Source of the DNA: Kudoa neothunni
Lineage: Eukaryota > Animalia > Cnidaria
Assembly: GCA_964304625.1 (NCBI GenBank)
Contig: OZ199839.1
Coordinates: 945,616-1,009,615, forward strand
Direction: 5' to 3'
DNA: 64,000 nucleotides
Shown here: in pieces, positions 12,653-25,399 of the stretch
How positions within the stretch are numbered: the first letter of the stretch is position 1
Layout: every line of letters begins with the position of its first letter
The notes under the pieces: model-generated
Databases searched by the model: none
Seen by the model: only the letters and a program-made list of their open reading frames with translations
Told to the model about the DNA's origin: nothing
Translations under genes and position numbers: made by a program

Positions 12653-14479
12653 TTTTGGTGTTTATCCATATTCGATTATATTTCTAGTGTCTAATGTAAT
12701 AATTGTTTGGATTTCTTTCGCAGTAGATGCTTGTTAAATGATTCTCGTCTCGTATTATTGTTTTCATTAGGTTTAATATAATCGATATTAGAATAAATCG
12801 TGATTTTCAAATGAATAAAATTAATTTAATAGTTTTTAATCTTTTTCCCGTAATTTTGATATAATTCAAATGACTCAATTCACGTAACGTACTGAAAGAC
12901 CATCAGAGTTAACCAATGAAGATGTAAGATTTGACTTAAATATCGGCATCGCATAGATTTTATAGAAGGTCAAGCTGGTGAGGATTTGCAGAAACGAATG
13001 ATTCATAAAAAATTTATTAAGAAATATTTTTAATGTCGCCATTCAGTGAATGTCTGTCCTATCTTATTTAATGTCGTATATGGAGTTATGCTTTAATATG
13101 ATATTTTCTGGCAACATAAAATGATTGACGATTCTTCTTGTGTGTTATTCGTTTGTTTTAACTACTCAAGTTAGAATATACTCGCTTCGTATATAAGTTA
13201 AATCTGTCACCGAAGATGCAGTGGACTTCGTCGCTGCGTCACCTATAAAATTAAGAATTTTATGTTGAATCACGATAAACCTATCATTACTCAAGCAAGA
13301 AATGAAAATTTGGCTAAACTATAGTATCGGTGTGCGAATTTCAGGCGGTGTCGAGCATGCAATGGGAAATGAAGTCGTTTTGTACAATTCGTCCTGTTAA
13401 CACATCGCTTTTTCAAAAATTTTTTCACTTTTGTTTTTATCACAAAAAAATAACTCAGACTTACTAAATTTTAGACTAATAAGAATTAACTTGTAAATCG
13501 GAAATACATCTCAAGTCAAGCACATTCGGATGCACTTGAAGTCTTCATATTGTTGAGAAATACATTAAAAAAATTTATATTTTTCCATAATTTTAAAATT
13601 ATTCTTGTTCAACATTGTTAATCTATTTTTTATTTATATCTGTTAGTAACAAGTGGGTAAAGTTCCAGTCTTGTGACCTCGTAATTTATAAATATAACTT
13701 TCTGATTTATTCTATTCACGATTAGAACATGAACCGGGATTTTTAAATTTAATCATAGAATTTTTAATTAATTTTTTAGTTTATACATTTTTTTTGGTAA
13801 ATTATTCTCGGTAAAAAAAATTTGACAATATCTGTTCTTTAAAAATTCAAACATAAAAGTTTTTAATTTATTTTATTTAGCTATCTTCTCATTTAAATAC
13901 ATTTATTAACTTGTAAAAAAACATTTGACTGGTATTTTTCAAGTAAAATTAACTTTAAAGTAGAGTAATCGTCACAAATCAAAATTTACGGTTTTATAGT
14001 GATTAAAAAGAAGACATTAATATTATATGGATCGGTTTTAATTTGTATAATTTTTTAACATGTACTAAGATATAAAACGTGGCAACCAATAAGTTATTTG
14101 ATAAATCTCTGTTATTTATTATAAATAAATTTTTCCTTAATAAAATGCATATCACATATGGGCCCGATTTTGCTCGATTTAAGATTTCATAATTACTTTT
14201 TTGGATTTGAATTTTATTATTTAGTATTATTTCTTTATGATAAAAACAATCGTAAAAAATTTTAGATTAAAAATTTGCAATCACGATGAATATTTTGATC
14301 CCTCTACTAGCAGATTTCCGTAATCAAGATCGGAAAATAACCGCGATGTCTAGTTTTAGAATAACATTCATATCGAAAATATTGATTCAATCATTGTATT
14401 TGACTATGCTTATTTTAGAGTTGATAAAGATTATACTCTCAAAACCCTTTCAAATCTCAGTCTCTTAAGAAGCCATCAA

Positions 14480-15130
14480 AAATATGTGTGGCGCGTCAAT
14501 GAGCATTACAGCAAGAAGAGACACATGTGTTAGTTATCAATATAGTTGCAAATTATGCAAGAGGAGATGATCAATCAGAAAGGACAGTATTTTTGTATAC
14601 TCTAAATTACGGCTTGGGGAATTCTTTGGTTTTATCCTCTATATGATCCAACACCCAAAAAGTAGCTACGAAGACATATTGCACCATCTTGATTTAGCTA
14701 CATTTTCCAATATAATTATATCAGAATGGGAAAGTCTAATTATTAAAATTATTTCTTCAGAATTAGACGAAAAATTTTAAAAAATCAACAATGTTGGATG
14801 GTCGGCGGGATTGATAAAAACGGTAATTATTTCCTTAAAATAACCAGATTTAGGAATCAAGAAATTCTCGAAAATATTATAAATAATGTTGAAGATGGAT
14901 CAAAAGTATGGACTGATGGTTGACGAGGTTATAAAGTTTGGAAAGTCTAGGCTTCGCCAACAGAACCGTTATTCATAAAAGTAGATTTTATTCACCTGAA
15001 GGAATCCATACCAGCCGAATTGAAACTATCTAGGGGGTTTCAAGAGAAAATACAGAAATTCTACCAATAAAAACCCCGACAATTTATCGGAGTATATTCT
15101 GATTATTTATTTAGGAAAAAATATGCTAAA
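14480..15130 (+). mobile_element. Merlin (IS1016/ISXO2-like) transposase relic
   Basis: Fragments YSCKLCKR...SIRKDSIF and NNVEDGSKVWTDG*RGY...LGFANRTVIHK...SPEGIHTSRIETI match ISXO2/Merlin GSxIxTDxWxGY...TVNH...GxHTNxIE. Stops and frameshifts present. Confidence 0.8.
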
Positions 15131-16961
15131 ACAGAATTAAACACTCTTTTTAAATATATAATGATATTATATACAAATTCACATAAATTTGTTTATTTCC
15201 AACACCGCACAAAGTTCGTACACAAATACTGTAGTTTAGCCGAAAATTTTATATATTTTAATAATATAAGGAATATTTTTGATCATTATTCTACTTCAGT
15301 TAATTTTACAAGGTGAGTAGATATTTTTGTGCTGTCTCAAGAAATAGTTTTCAATTTTTTTATAAACTTATTCATAATTTATATTGAAAAATTAATTCAT
15401 TTGTTTTCTTACTTAAAAAAAAAGTTACGGAAATTGTTACCACTTATATATTCCTGGTGAATTTTCTATCAGATCACATAGATCTCTAATTCCAATTAAA
15501 TTAGATCAAATAACGCTTTTATTTTCTACTTTCGAAAAACTATAGCGAATGAATTTGTTATAATTATTTTTATTATTTTGATCAAGTTTAAAATTTAACC
15601 AATTATATTATTATAAGTTTTTATTCAATCTCTTCATGATTTAGGGGCAACAAATGAAATATATAGTTAATTCAAACGACAAAAATTTAATTTGTAAAAC
15701 CAATAATTCTGTGATGATAATAATTCAATTCGGTAAAATTCTCGTAGTTAAATTAATTTATTATTTTTAAACTAGTTACTCCATTATATATAAATAATAG
15801 ATGGGTTTAACACTAATGTTCAAATGAATTTGTGTGCAAGAGCTTATAAGCGCCTGGCGCATACTTATTTGGGTTTACGTGATATTTTTAATATAGTACT
15901 AATTTTTAAGAAATAAAATTTTTTAAATTAACGTGAATATTTTTAAACAATGACTAATTATATTTAACAAACAGCGGCGCATGGAATATATTACGATTAT
16001 TCTCAAAAATAAATTAACTTAAAATGGCGCCATTTCTTATTTTTAAATCCATATTCTAATGTAATGATTTACTAGGTTTATCTTAACTTTGTTTTTAAAT
16101 GGATAAAAATCATTATAGTATTTTAAAACTATTTTCGAGATATTCAAAATAGAGCACCACAGAAGAGCTATTTTATCTCTTGTTCATTTAAATTTTAAAT
16201 GAATATTAAGCATAAAAAAGATAAAAATACGATTAAAAAAATTAAATATTATAACTTTTACTATTCCTCATATTAATCAAAAATAAATTTATGAAGAACT
16301 GCTTGAAAAGCTCAGTTAACACTAAGCTTTAACCCGACCAATTAAAAAATATCATAAAAATATTACACATTTTTCATAGTACCTACTAGGTAGAAAGAGG
16401 ACCCCTCGATGCCAACATCCTTGAAAGGATAGGGTTTGTAGTATAGACCCCAAGGACGCAGATTTTGAGCAAGTCAAACTGATGGGTTCGCCTATTCTCC
16501 CATCCTGCATTACCTTGTATATACGCCCCGCTATGATTTGTTTTGGCGTTTTTCTTAACATGTGATGATTCGCTAGGGTCTAAGTGGTGCACTTTAACAT
16601 TTAGTTTATAGTTTTTGAGAGACTCTTGGGAAAGGGTAATCTCGCCCGAAAGTTGCGGTGGGGAGTTTCACTGCGCAAACAAAAAAAACAAAAAAATATT
16701 AGCTATTTTGATTCATAGGTGTTTATACTCTATTTTGTTTTAAACGTAAAATTACTAAGATTTCCATGGGGAAAAAATATCCAATTAAGACAACAAAGTT
16801 GGGATTGAAAAGTTTTAAATTTAAACAGATTTATCCTAGGAAACAATTGACTCTCAAATATAAAAAAACAATTATTCTAATAGAAATGAAATACACCGCG
16901 CTATAACAGGAATAAGTATACAATGGGAATATAATAAATCTAAAACTACAAGAGCGTGTTG

Positions 16962-17958
16962 TTATCGTTTTCTGGCAAAGCGCCACCTATATTGAGGTTG
17001 GTTGTTGCTTTCTTGGTCATCATTCACTACGCAATATTTTTCCTCACATTTTTCACTCTAAAACTCAAAATAAACTCAGCAAAGATTTCACAGTTTACAT
17101 ATTTGATATTCTTTGAGAGTAGTAATTCGTTTCGTTTTTGTTTAAGTTTTTTCAATCTTTCAATTCTGGAAGATAATTCATTGTAGTCCTTTATGCTAGA
17201 GGTATTGGTGCTATTAGGTATATTTTCAGATTTCGTATTGTCAAGGCCGCTACAACACGAATCACGAGAAGTTTCATCTTGTGCTGTAAACCGGAATTAA
17301 TAAAACTAATTTTTGACTAGAAACAATACATTCAGCCTTATCATCGATAAATACAATATGACTGCGCTTTATAGATCCCGCTAAATCTGTGAAATGAAGT
17401 TTTGATTCTAATTGTTTTATCTTAGTTTCCTCAGATTTTATTTTGGAGTTAAGATAATTAATATCAAGTGTATTTGAAAGGATGTCATGTTCAACTGTTT
17501 TGGGCTCAACTTTATTCACATAATGAATTCCATCCTGTGAGGCAAAACAAAAAAATGCAATTATTAGAACTATTAAAATTTAAATTAAATTCACATACCT
17601 TTGTTTTCTCATTTATCATTCTATAATAGAAAGCATCTGGATTTTTGTCTCTCGCCTAAACGAATAAAATTCCAATCAATTCTTAAGAGTATTACCAATC
17701 TCTTAAGTTTTTTCAGTTGGTCTCTCTTTTTATTGTAATCACTATAATCATTAATACTCAGAAACTCCAAAACAACCCTCTACTTTGCTCGTAGTTTGTA
17801 ATCTTTATGTTTTTCAAGAAAACCCAAATTTTTTCGACCTCTCAGCTTCAACAAGTTTAAATCAAAAATTCAAATATAATTACTTGTGATCTTTCTTTGT
17901 GGGATCGCTGGGTACTTTTGTAAGCATTTTTAAAAGCTGAAACACCCGTGTTAACCAT
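16962..17958 (-). CDS. UTP11: U3 snoRNP-associated protein 11 (SSU processome), multi-exon
   Basis: Spliced MVNTGVSAFKNAYKSTQRSHKERSQ|LRGRKNLGFLEKHKDYKLRA...KNPDAFYYRM...HIVFIDD...PQYRWRFARKR* matches the UTP11 HKERSQ, GxLEKxKDYxxRA, KNPDEFY and C-terminal RKR motifs. First intron 17883-17846 (38 nt). Confidence 0.93.
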
Positions 17959-18022
17959 GAACAAACTTTCGGGTGTTATCGCGTGCTCTCGATTATGGAC
18001 GCTGTTACCCTTACGTTAACAT

Positions 18023-18088
18023 GGGGGGGGGGGGGGGTTAACTCGAACTCGTTTTTTCAAGCAATGACTCAATATATATATATATATA
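18023..18088. repeat. Poly-G run and (TA)n microsatellite upstream of UTP11
   Basis: Run of ~15 G at 18023-18037 and (AT)n at ~18072-18088, read directly from the sequence. Confidence 0.8.
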
Positions 18089-18203
18089 TTTATAATGTTT
18101 AAAAATTTACTATTTAAATAATATAACTATTTATTTTTATTATCGATAGTTTGAAGGGTTTAATATATTCTTCTGTACTTATCTTACTGTATTTCATCTA
18201 GGT

Positions 18204-20243
18204 CAGGGGTCTAAAGCCAATATGACCTTAAGAGTCAATTATTAATGGCTGATAAAATTTTTCTATTTCTGAAGCCGCACGTTATATATATATATATATT
18301 GGATCGAAAATGAAAATATTTACATTTGAAACCATGAAAACATACATTCTAAGAAAATCGGGGTAAAATTATCGAATTAGACTGTCTATACGTTTTTCTA
18401 TAATTAAAATAATCTATTATTCTAATCTAATGTAAGGAAATAATAAAAAAATATATATTTGAATTTGTCTGATTACTTAGAGTAATATAATTTTGTTTTC
18501 AATAATTTCGATTATGATAAATTAAAAATTCTGCCATAATCCTCTGATTAACAAATACTCGATAAAAAAGTCTATTTTCGTGGGTGTTATCGTCAACAAA
18601 AACAAAATTTCCACAACATACTTTAATTTATTGAAATAACAAAAATAATTTACGTTCCAGTGTATATTCATCAATTTAATTATTTCAACGACATTTTATA
18701 AGGAGTTTTCTATATATCAAAACTAATGAACAATTAATATTACAAGAAAATTCTTTTTAATGGATAAAATTTAATGAAAATGTATGTATCACTATTTCAT
18801 TATGTAAAAAAATCTACTAAAAAAAATTTGTAAACTAGAAAAAATATGAAAACTTCGTTAGGTCTAATTTAAAAGTTTAAATTAGTTTTGCATATAATAA
18901 ATAAAATATATTTTGTAATATGATTGAAAAATTTATTTTTAAGGGGTTTCTATTTATTATTAATCTTTAATTAATGAGTAATTTTAAATGATAATAAAAA
19001 TTAATTTTTTAATCTAAAACAAACAAAAAATGAGAACCTTTAGAGTTTATGTGTCTCGTTAATAATTGCATATGTATAGGACAATGTTCTATAAGGAATT
19101 CTTAATATTTATAAGTTACTTTTGTAGAGACAAAAAAAATAGAAAAATTGAGTTTCCGTTATTGATTTCGATTTTCTTCCGCTATCGCTATTTGATAAAA
19201 AATGTTTTTTGTGAGGAGCTCTTTTCAAATTTTTTTAAATTTGTAATGGTCCTAATACGCGCATGCATACTATTGGATCAACCCAGGGCGTCCAAACCTT
19301 GGAGTTTACACCAAGATCTTGGGACTTTTCTATTGATCTTTGGTTCTTGGGGAGTTTGTTTCACTCTAAGCTAAATCTTGGGGTTTTTTGTTTATTTAAA
19401 AAAAATTGTATATTGTTGAATTCTTTGAAATCAGTTTGTAAATAATAAGTTTTAGAATTAGGTAACATAAATATATGTACTGGTTTAATAATGGAGAGAA
19501 TTGAAATCATTCGAAATTTTAAAAAGGTATCACGATTGTCGTCAACGCGCTGTTTTCCGATCCTTAGATAATTGTTATTTGATAAATTGTCCTTATTATT
19601 CTGTGGTTGTATTTGAGTATATCAAATCAACGCTGTCTTAAAATTTTATAATTTTTTTAATAAAATATTTCAAAATTATTGACGAATATTATTTTAATTT
19701 ATGAATGAAAATTCCATTCGAGCTAACAATATTTTGGTATATGAGCTTCAACAAGATTGGTAAAAAGTAAAAGATTTTAAAGATTGGTTTGATCAAGATT
19801 CTAAGGTCAGCAAATCCAGCTAATGCAAACGTTAACCGAATTTTTCATTATTTAACACAGTAAAAACTAAGAAAACTAACTCGTTAAATGTTGAAGCCAT
19901 TAAAAATTTAAATTCCTCGCAAAGCAGTTGATTCGAAGAAATAATAATACGTGTTTGACGTCGCATCCATCAAATAAACATATATGTGATGGGAGCAGCA
20001 GTGCTGTGGGTAAACGATACCTTGAATGCTTGAAAAATAGATCAGACTTCTTAACTAAGGGTTGTGTAGATGATGAAAGAGTTTCAATGGACGCCCTGGA
20101 TCAACCAAAATAAACGTCGAAAACTTCGATCCCTAGTTATAATCAGACATATTGTATTTGATATTATGCAAATAAGATGGGTGCCGCACCTAAAACCTTA
20201 AAGAGCCACATGCGGCTCGCGAATCGCAGGCAGCCCATTTCTG
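18204..20243. mobile_element. Possible older hAT non-autonomous element hosting the 19284-20098 MITE
   Basis: Left CAGGGGTC at 18204. Right subterminal AAAGAGCCACATGCGGCTCGCGAATCGCAGG (~20200-20230) resembles hAT 3' ends. No matching TSD found. Confidence 0.35.
19284..20098. mobile_element. hAT-type MITE with 8-bp TSD
   Basis: TIRs CAGGGCGTCCA / TGGACGCCCTG. Perfect 8-bp TSD GATCAACC at 19276-19283 and 20099-20106. Confidence 0.88.
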
Positions 20244-20838
20244 GAATATTATATTTTTAGAAAATTTACAAAGTAATGCCAAACAATGGAAAAAAATAAA
20301 AAGTCTATTTTGAACACAAATTTAAATGAATGGTATGACAAAATGTTTTGTTACCGAACTAGACTACAAAACAATACAGGTTATATACCAAAATACTTTC
20401 AGAGTGCTCAATGAATTCAGCATAACAAGATACTTTAAAATAAAACATTCATCTGAATGTTTAAAACACTTAGGAATAGATTATAATGAGAAATATAAAG
20501 CAATCAAGAAATCTTGTTTTCGCGCTAGTTAATTATAAAAGTACACATGTAAACGATTCAATGATGAGAGTCAGCTTATGTATGGTTTCTGACACCGAGT
20601 AACAACAACGCTCAGATGTGGGAATTGTATCAAACAGTTTGAAGACGCCTGATCTACACCACATTAATCTAATGAATTGATCTGATCGATCGATATTTAT
20701 CCCATTTTTAGAATTATTTTGCTGGGTTTATGAATACACTCATATACACGATAGATTATACTACCGATTACGATGATTTCATTTATCTTTAGGATAGTAG
20801 CTTAATTATTTTATTGTTTTGTGACCAATTGTTTATTT

Positions 20839-22135
20839 ATGGTTAATAATCATTTCATAAGATGTATACTTGTATCGATATGTGTATTTGCGATATTATG
20901 CATGATAAAATATACCTTTATCATCAAAAGTAGTTAAATAATCTAAAATAGTCGTTGCTTATCTATTTTTAGATTTATCGTATTACTGGAAACCCAAAAT
21001 GATAAACGTTGATTGTTTCAGACAACCTCTATGTATACAAAATTTCGATAAAAACATCATATGGTTATTTAGTTACATCACTATCTATAAATCTAAATGA
21101 TATATCTGTTGCAGAGGTGGAAAATTTATTTAAAGAAAAATATAAACAGAAATTAAAAAACACCAGAATTTTGGGGAATGCTGAATGCGGAATAGAAAAT
21201 GTAAAAATGTTTCATCTCATACAAATGCATATAATCCATTAGGTTGCTATTATTGTCCCACACAAAAATAGACCTAAACAAATAGGTGTGTTTTTAAGGC
21301 ACATGCATCCATTCCTCCAAAAGCAAAATATAAATTATAGGATTTTTCTGGTGAATCAAGTAAAAAATATACAGATTGATAGTTAACATTTGAGAATATT
21401 ATTAGACAGATGAATCTCCATTTAACAGAGCTATATTGTTAAACGTGGGATATCTTGAAAGCTTAAAATTAGGAAAATATGAATGTTTCATATTTTCAGA
21501 CATTGATTTATTGCCAGAAAATGAGTTCAACCGATATGATTGTTCCCATTCCCCAGAACATTTTGCTCAAAATATTAAATCAAACGATTATCAGTAATAT
21601 TTGTGTAGAGAAAATGTAACAACAATGATTATTATAAGACTATTATATGATACTTACTTCGGTGGTGTGTCAGCACTGTCTCAGAGACACTTTCAAAAAG
21701 TGAATGGATTCGCTAATGTTTATTGGAGCTGGGGTGGTGAAGATGATGATCTATATAATCGGTATGAAAATATATCTCAATTAATTCATGAATTAATTCA
21801 TAATATGAATTTAGCCTAATATCAAAAGGATTTAGTTTGTACAGAAAGCATCCATCATTAACACGCTACACTGATAATATGGAGCATCATACTAGGCATA
21901 GTGGGAAAAATCCAAAAAGGTAACAAAATATTATTATTATTTTTTTATAATTATGCTGCGAAGGTGGAAAATTTTAGGCGCGATGAAAAATTCTGAAAAT
22001 AAATCTGGATTGAATAATATTATATACAATATTACGTCAATTAAAGAGCATATGCTATTCACTGAGATAAATGTAGATTTAGAAGACTCTACAAGGATTA
22101 TGTTGCTAACTGGGATCCGTTATTTTGATAGTTGA
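20839..22135 (+). CDS. Beta-1,4-galactosyltransferase family (GT7) type-II membrane glycosyltransferase, multi-exon
   Basis: N-terminal TM MVNNHFIRCILVSICVFAILCMIKY. Motifs VAIIVPHKNR, HPFLQKQ, FNRAILLNVGY, CFIFSDIDLLP (DxD), YFGGVSAL, VNGF..YWSWGGEDDD and SGLN, split by short introns. Confidence 0.93.
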
Positions 22136-22268
22136 TTATTATTTTTCCTTCAGTTATTCAACTTTTTTATTACAAAAAATAACTTTCACATTTATATAAA
22201 TAACAAGAGTTATTTTGGGGAGCACTTTTTATATTTACCGTATTTATTGTTTACTGGTCTATTCAAAA

Positions 22269-25010
22269 CTAGCACAAAAGCCCCGCTTCGCGAAAGTTCC
22301 CTTGCGCAGACTAATGCTTTTTTGATTTTTAAGTAAATAGCGCTAATGCCTAGCTTTGCCCTGGTACTGGGTGATGGAAAAATTTTAACTTTTAATTTTA
22401 TTTTTGAATGGAGAAATTTTACGGAAAAGTTAATCTAATCAACACTTTAAACCCTGTAAATTTTATTTTTCTATTTTAATTTACGCATCTTAAAGCTTAT
22501 CATTATTTTTGCAATGTGATGATTTAGATAAATTTTTCCCAACCTTTTTTCTATCGTTCCCCACTTTTTTCTTTAAAATAAGTTCTGCCGCCCCACCTTT
22601 TTCAAATGTATTGATTTTTTAATTTAAATTGCTTATAAATTTTAAATCAAGCTTCATGCCACATTAAAATTAAAAAATAACAAAAATATATTTCTTTTTC
22701 ATTAGAATTAAAATATATTCGATCAGATCTAATTTAATTCACAGATGGACTTTAAAAATTAACATTTTTACTTTTTCATTCAGTCAAAAATCGCGTTGAG
22801 TGAAACTTGTGGTAAACCAACCTGCATCAGGCAACACTTTTCTGTATTCGGCGGGCTTATAAATCGAAATTAAATAATTAATATTCACAATTAATCAATA
22901 TTGTCTTTGGATAAGTCAAAAAAAAGTGGGAATCACGGTAATAAATTTGACAACATTTGAATTATAATCATTCCGATTCTATTGAGCAAAAACCGTGTTA
23001 AACGTTATTATATTTTTTATATAAATTAATCAATGCCTTTATATTTTTTTAGGATATTAACGTTCGCTTAAAAATAAACAAGATAAAAAATAGAAGTATT
23101 GATTTCAATGTGCGTTATACTATTCGATTATCTCACAATTATCCATGTCACAGCAATGCCCTGGATTTTCCACGCCCTAAAAGAGTCGTTCATTAAACGC
23201 TGAAAGATTTCCATGCCCCACCAAAATTTTTTCACGTCCCATCGGTGGGGCGTTGCCCCAACGTTGGGAAACACTGATTTAGAGAAAACGAAATTATGCG
23301 CACACTTTCCATTCAAATATAAATAGAGGTAAGGAGAGAAATTAATGAGTAATTTTAAGTTTATTTTACAAATTATTGACTAAAACTATGGTGACATTAA
23401 TTTTATGAGCAATTTAATTAACGATTAAAGTTCCGTTATTTATGTAACAAAATCATTAAGTAACTTAAATAGGACTTTCAGTTCTTTTCAAAATTTTGCA
23501 ATGAAAATTAATCCTTCTAATTATAAAATGTATTATTAGGCTACAAACGATAAATAAAATAAAATCGACCTAAGGTGTGTCAGAAACAAAATATTAATTG
23601 TTAATCCCCTTTTTCGCAATTTTATAATGATGCCAATGATGTTTTAAAAAGCTGTGAGCAGTAACTTACGTATTCACTATTTTAACATAATTTCCCCCAT
23701 TTTTAAATAAATCCAACCTTGCTTTTTATCAAGAATACTTATTGGTTCAAAAATATACACATTTAATTAACAAAATACGATTAAATCAAAAATGTAAAGG
23801 TGTTTTTGGTTTGAAAAATTACAGTAATTCTAAACATCAACCGGTTTTCTTGATGGAGTGCTGCACCCTTTTAAAAATTAACGTATTGTTTGATTTCCCC
23901 AAAAAAATTTCGTTGTATTGAACTATTCTTAGATTAATGAAAACTTTGTGAAAATATCGGTTAGATCGAATAGACCAATAATTTCTTATTAACTTACATG
24001 ACACGTGTTGAGATCGAGAGGGGATTGTATTTTGTGCAAAGGTAATCGTGAATATAAATTCTTAAACTATGTATAGAATGCGGTGTTGCATATTTTTATG
24101 CAGCTTTTATATCATAATGAATTAATGCGAGCCTAAAAAACAGTATATTGATTTGAATATTCACTTTAAGGTTTGGGGGTAAGGAATAATTAGGTTATTA
24201 AGAACTTAAACATATTTAAAAAATTATCTCATCAAATTTAGAAAATTATCGAATTAATGATGCCAGATATTTTTCAAGAAAGGTTAGGAAAACCAAAAAA
24301 TAAGTAAAAACTTATCGAAAAGACGAATAGAGTTTTAATCTCAATCGATATTTTTGATAAAAAGAAATGTTCACATCCCAGGAATTCCAATTGAGCATAA
24401 TTTTCATTTAAGTTACCACAAAAATTTTTAATATTTAAAAGCTCTACACACATTTCATATCGTTTTTAGGATACATGTAAAGACTCAAATTATATGTTTT
24501 ATTTAAAATGATCATAATCTATTTTGCGTAATTATATCCATAAAGTTTTAAAAATGAAAATACATCCTAACTAATTTGATTATGCATCAAATTTTAAGGG
24601 GATGCAGTATCTATTGTAATATGTGATGTTAATAGTTTTATTTGTCCTAAAAGTACTCCGAACAGGCATATGTAACATTTTTTAGAACATTCTATACCAT
24701 AATTAAGAGACTCTTTTATATATATTGTGTAAAAGTTCATTTTATTTGGCTATCAATCAGAAGTAAACAAATATCAATATTATGCAGGTACTTTTTAATC
24801 TGATATTTGTGAAGACAACCAGAAAATTCCTTACTTCGGACAGTTTTTTTTGACTATAATTTATACATCTAAATAAATGATTGATTTTCATTAATTGTTC
24901 GATCTATTCAAGGACAAACTTACAGCTATATTTAAAGAAAGCTTCTCCGTGGCTCATGTGTACTGCTGTAAAACTGACACACATAAAAACTTTATTATGT
25001 ATATAGAAGA
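22269..25010 (-). mobile_element. Non-autonomous Helitron, copy 1 (2.7 kb)
   Basis: On the minus strand A|TCTTCTATATAC...CGCGAAGCG hairpin...CTAG|T: TC 5' end, hairpin plus CTAG 3' end, AT target and no TSD. Long similarity to 30763-32492. Confidence 0.82.
22530..23276. mobile_element. Buster-type hAT MITE nested in Helitron copy 1
   Basis: Segment is absent from Helitron copy 2. TIRs AAATTTTTCCCAAC (decayed) / GTTGGGAAACACTG. TSD ATTTAGAT (22522-22529) / ATTTAGAG (23277-23284) fits the nnnTAnnn pattern. Confidence 0.8.
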
Positions 25011-25399
25011 TAATTGTTAAATTTATATTTTAATATTCAGCTAATGTATTAAACAACTTATTTGGCCTGTTTTATTATTTTTTCGTAATTTTTATCTAGT
25101 GATTTTTGCCCTTAAAAGGTAATTACTTTTTCGTGTTAATGAGCCCCATTATCTGACATTAAAAATCACATAATATATATAATTTAATTTTTCTATTGCA
25201 GCAAAATAATGATAATTTTAAACTTACTAGGCCGTTTTAGAAACAATCAAATTCGCATCCATATATTAATAAGTTTCTAGTATTTCTAATATTATAATGC
25301 AAAAAAAACATTTGAAAAAATTATAAATAAGTAATTGCTAAACTAAAAATAATATTAAATTAAACTATAACTAAAATTAGGCCAAACCATTTTGGCGTT

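Noticed and set aside
12900-13560. Possible minus-strand spliced gene
   Set aside because: GC-richer patches with splice-like ends, but no consistent open frame or motif could be assembled.
16021-16035. Palindromic YY1-like site AAAATGGCGCCATTT
   Set aside because: No adjacent gene start identified; could arise by chance.
16520-16675. RNase MRP-like (GAAACTCCCC...GGGGCGTA) or LSU rRNA-like (GGTGGGGAGTTTCACTG) motifs
   Set aside because: Short matches only; the P4-like pairing is imperfect, upstream poly-T leaves no room for a 5' domain, and other conserved rRNA motifs are missing.
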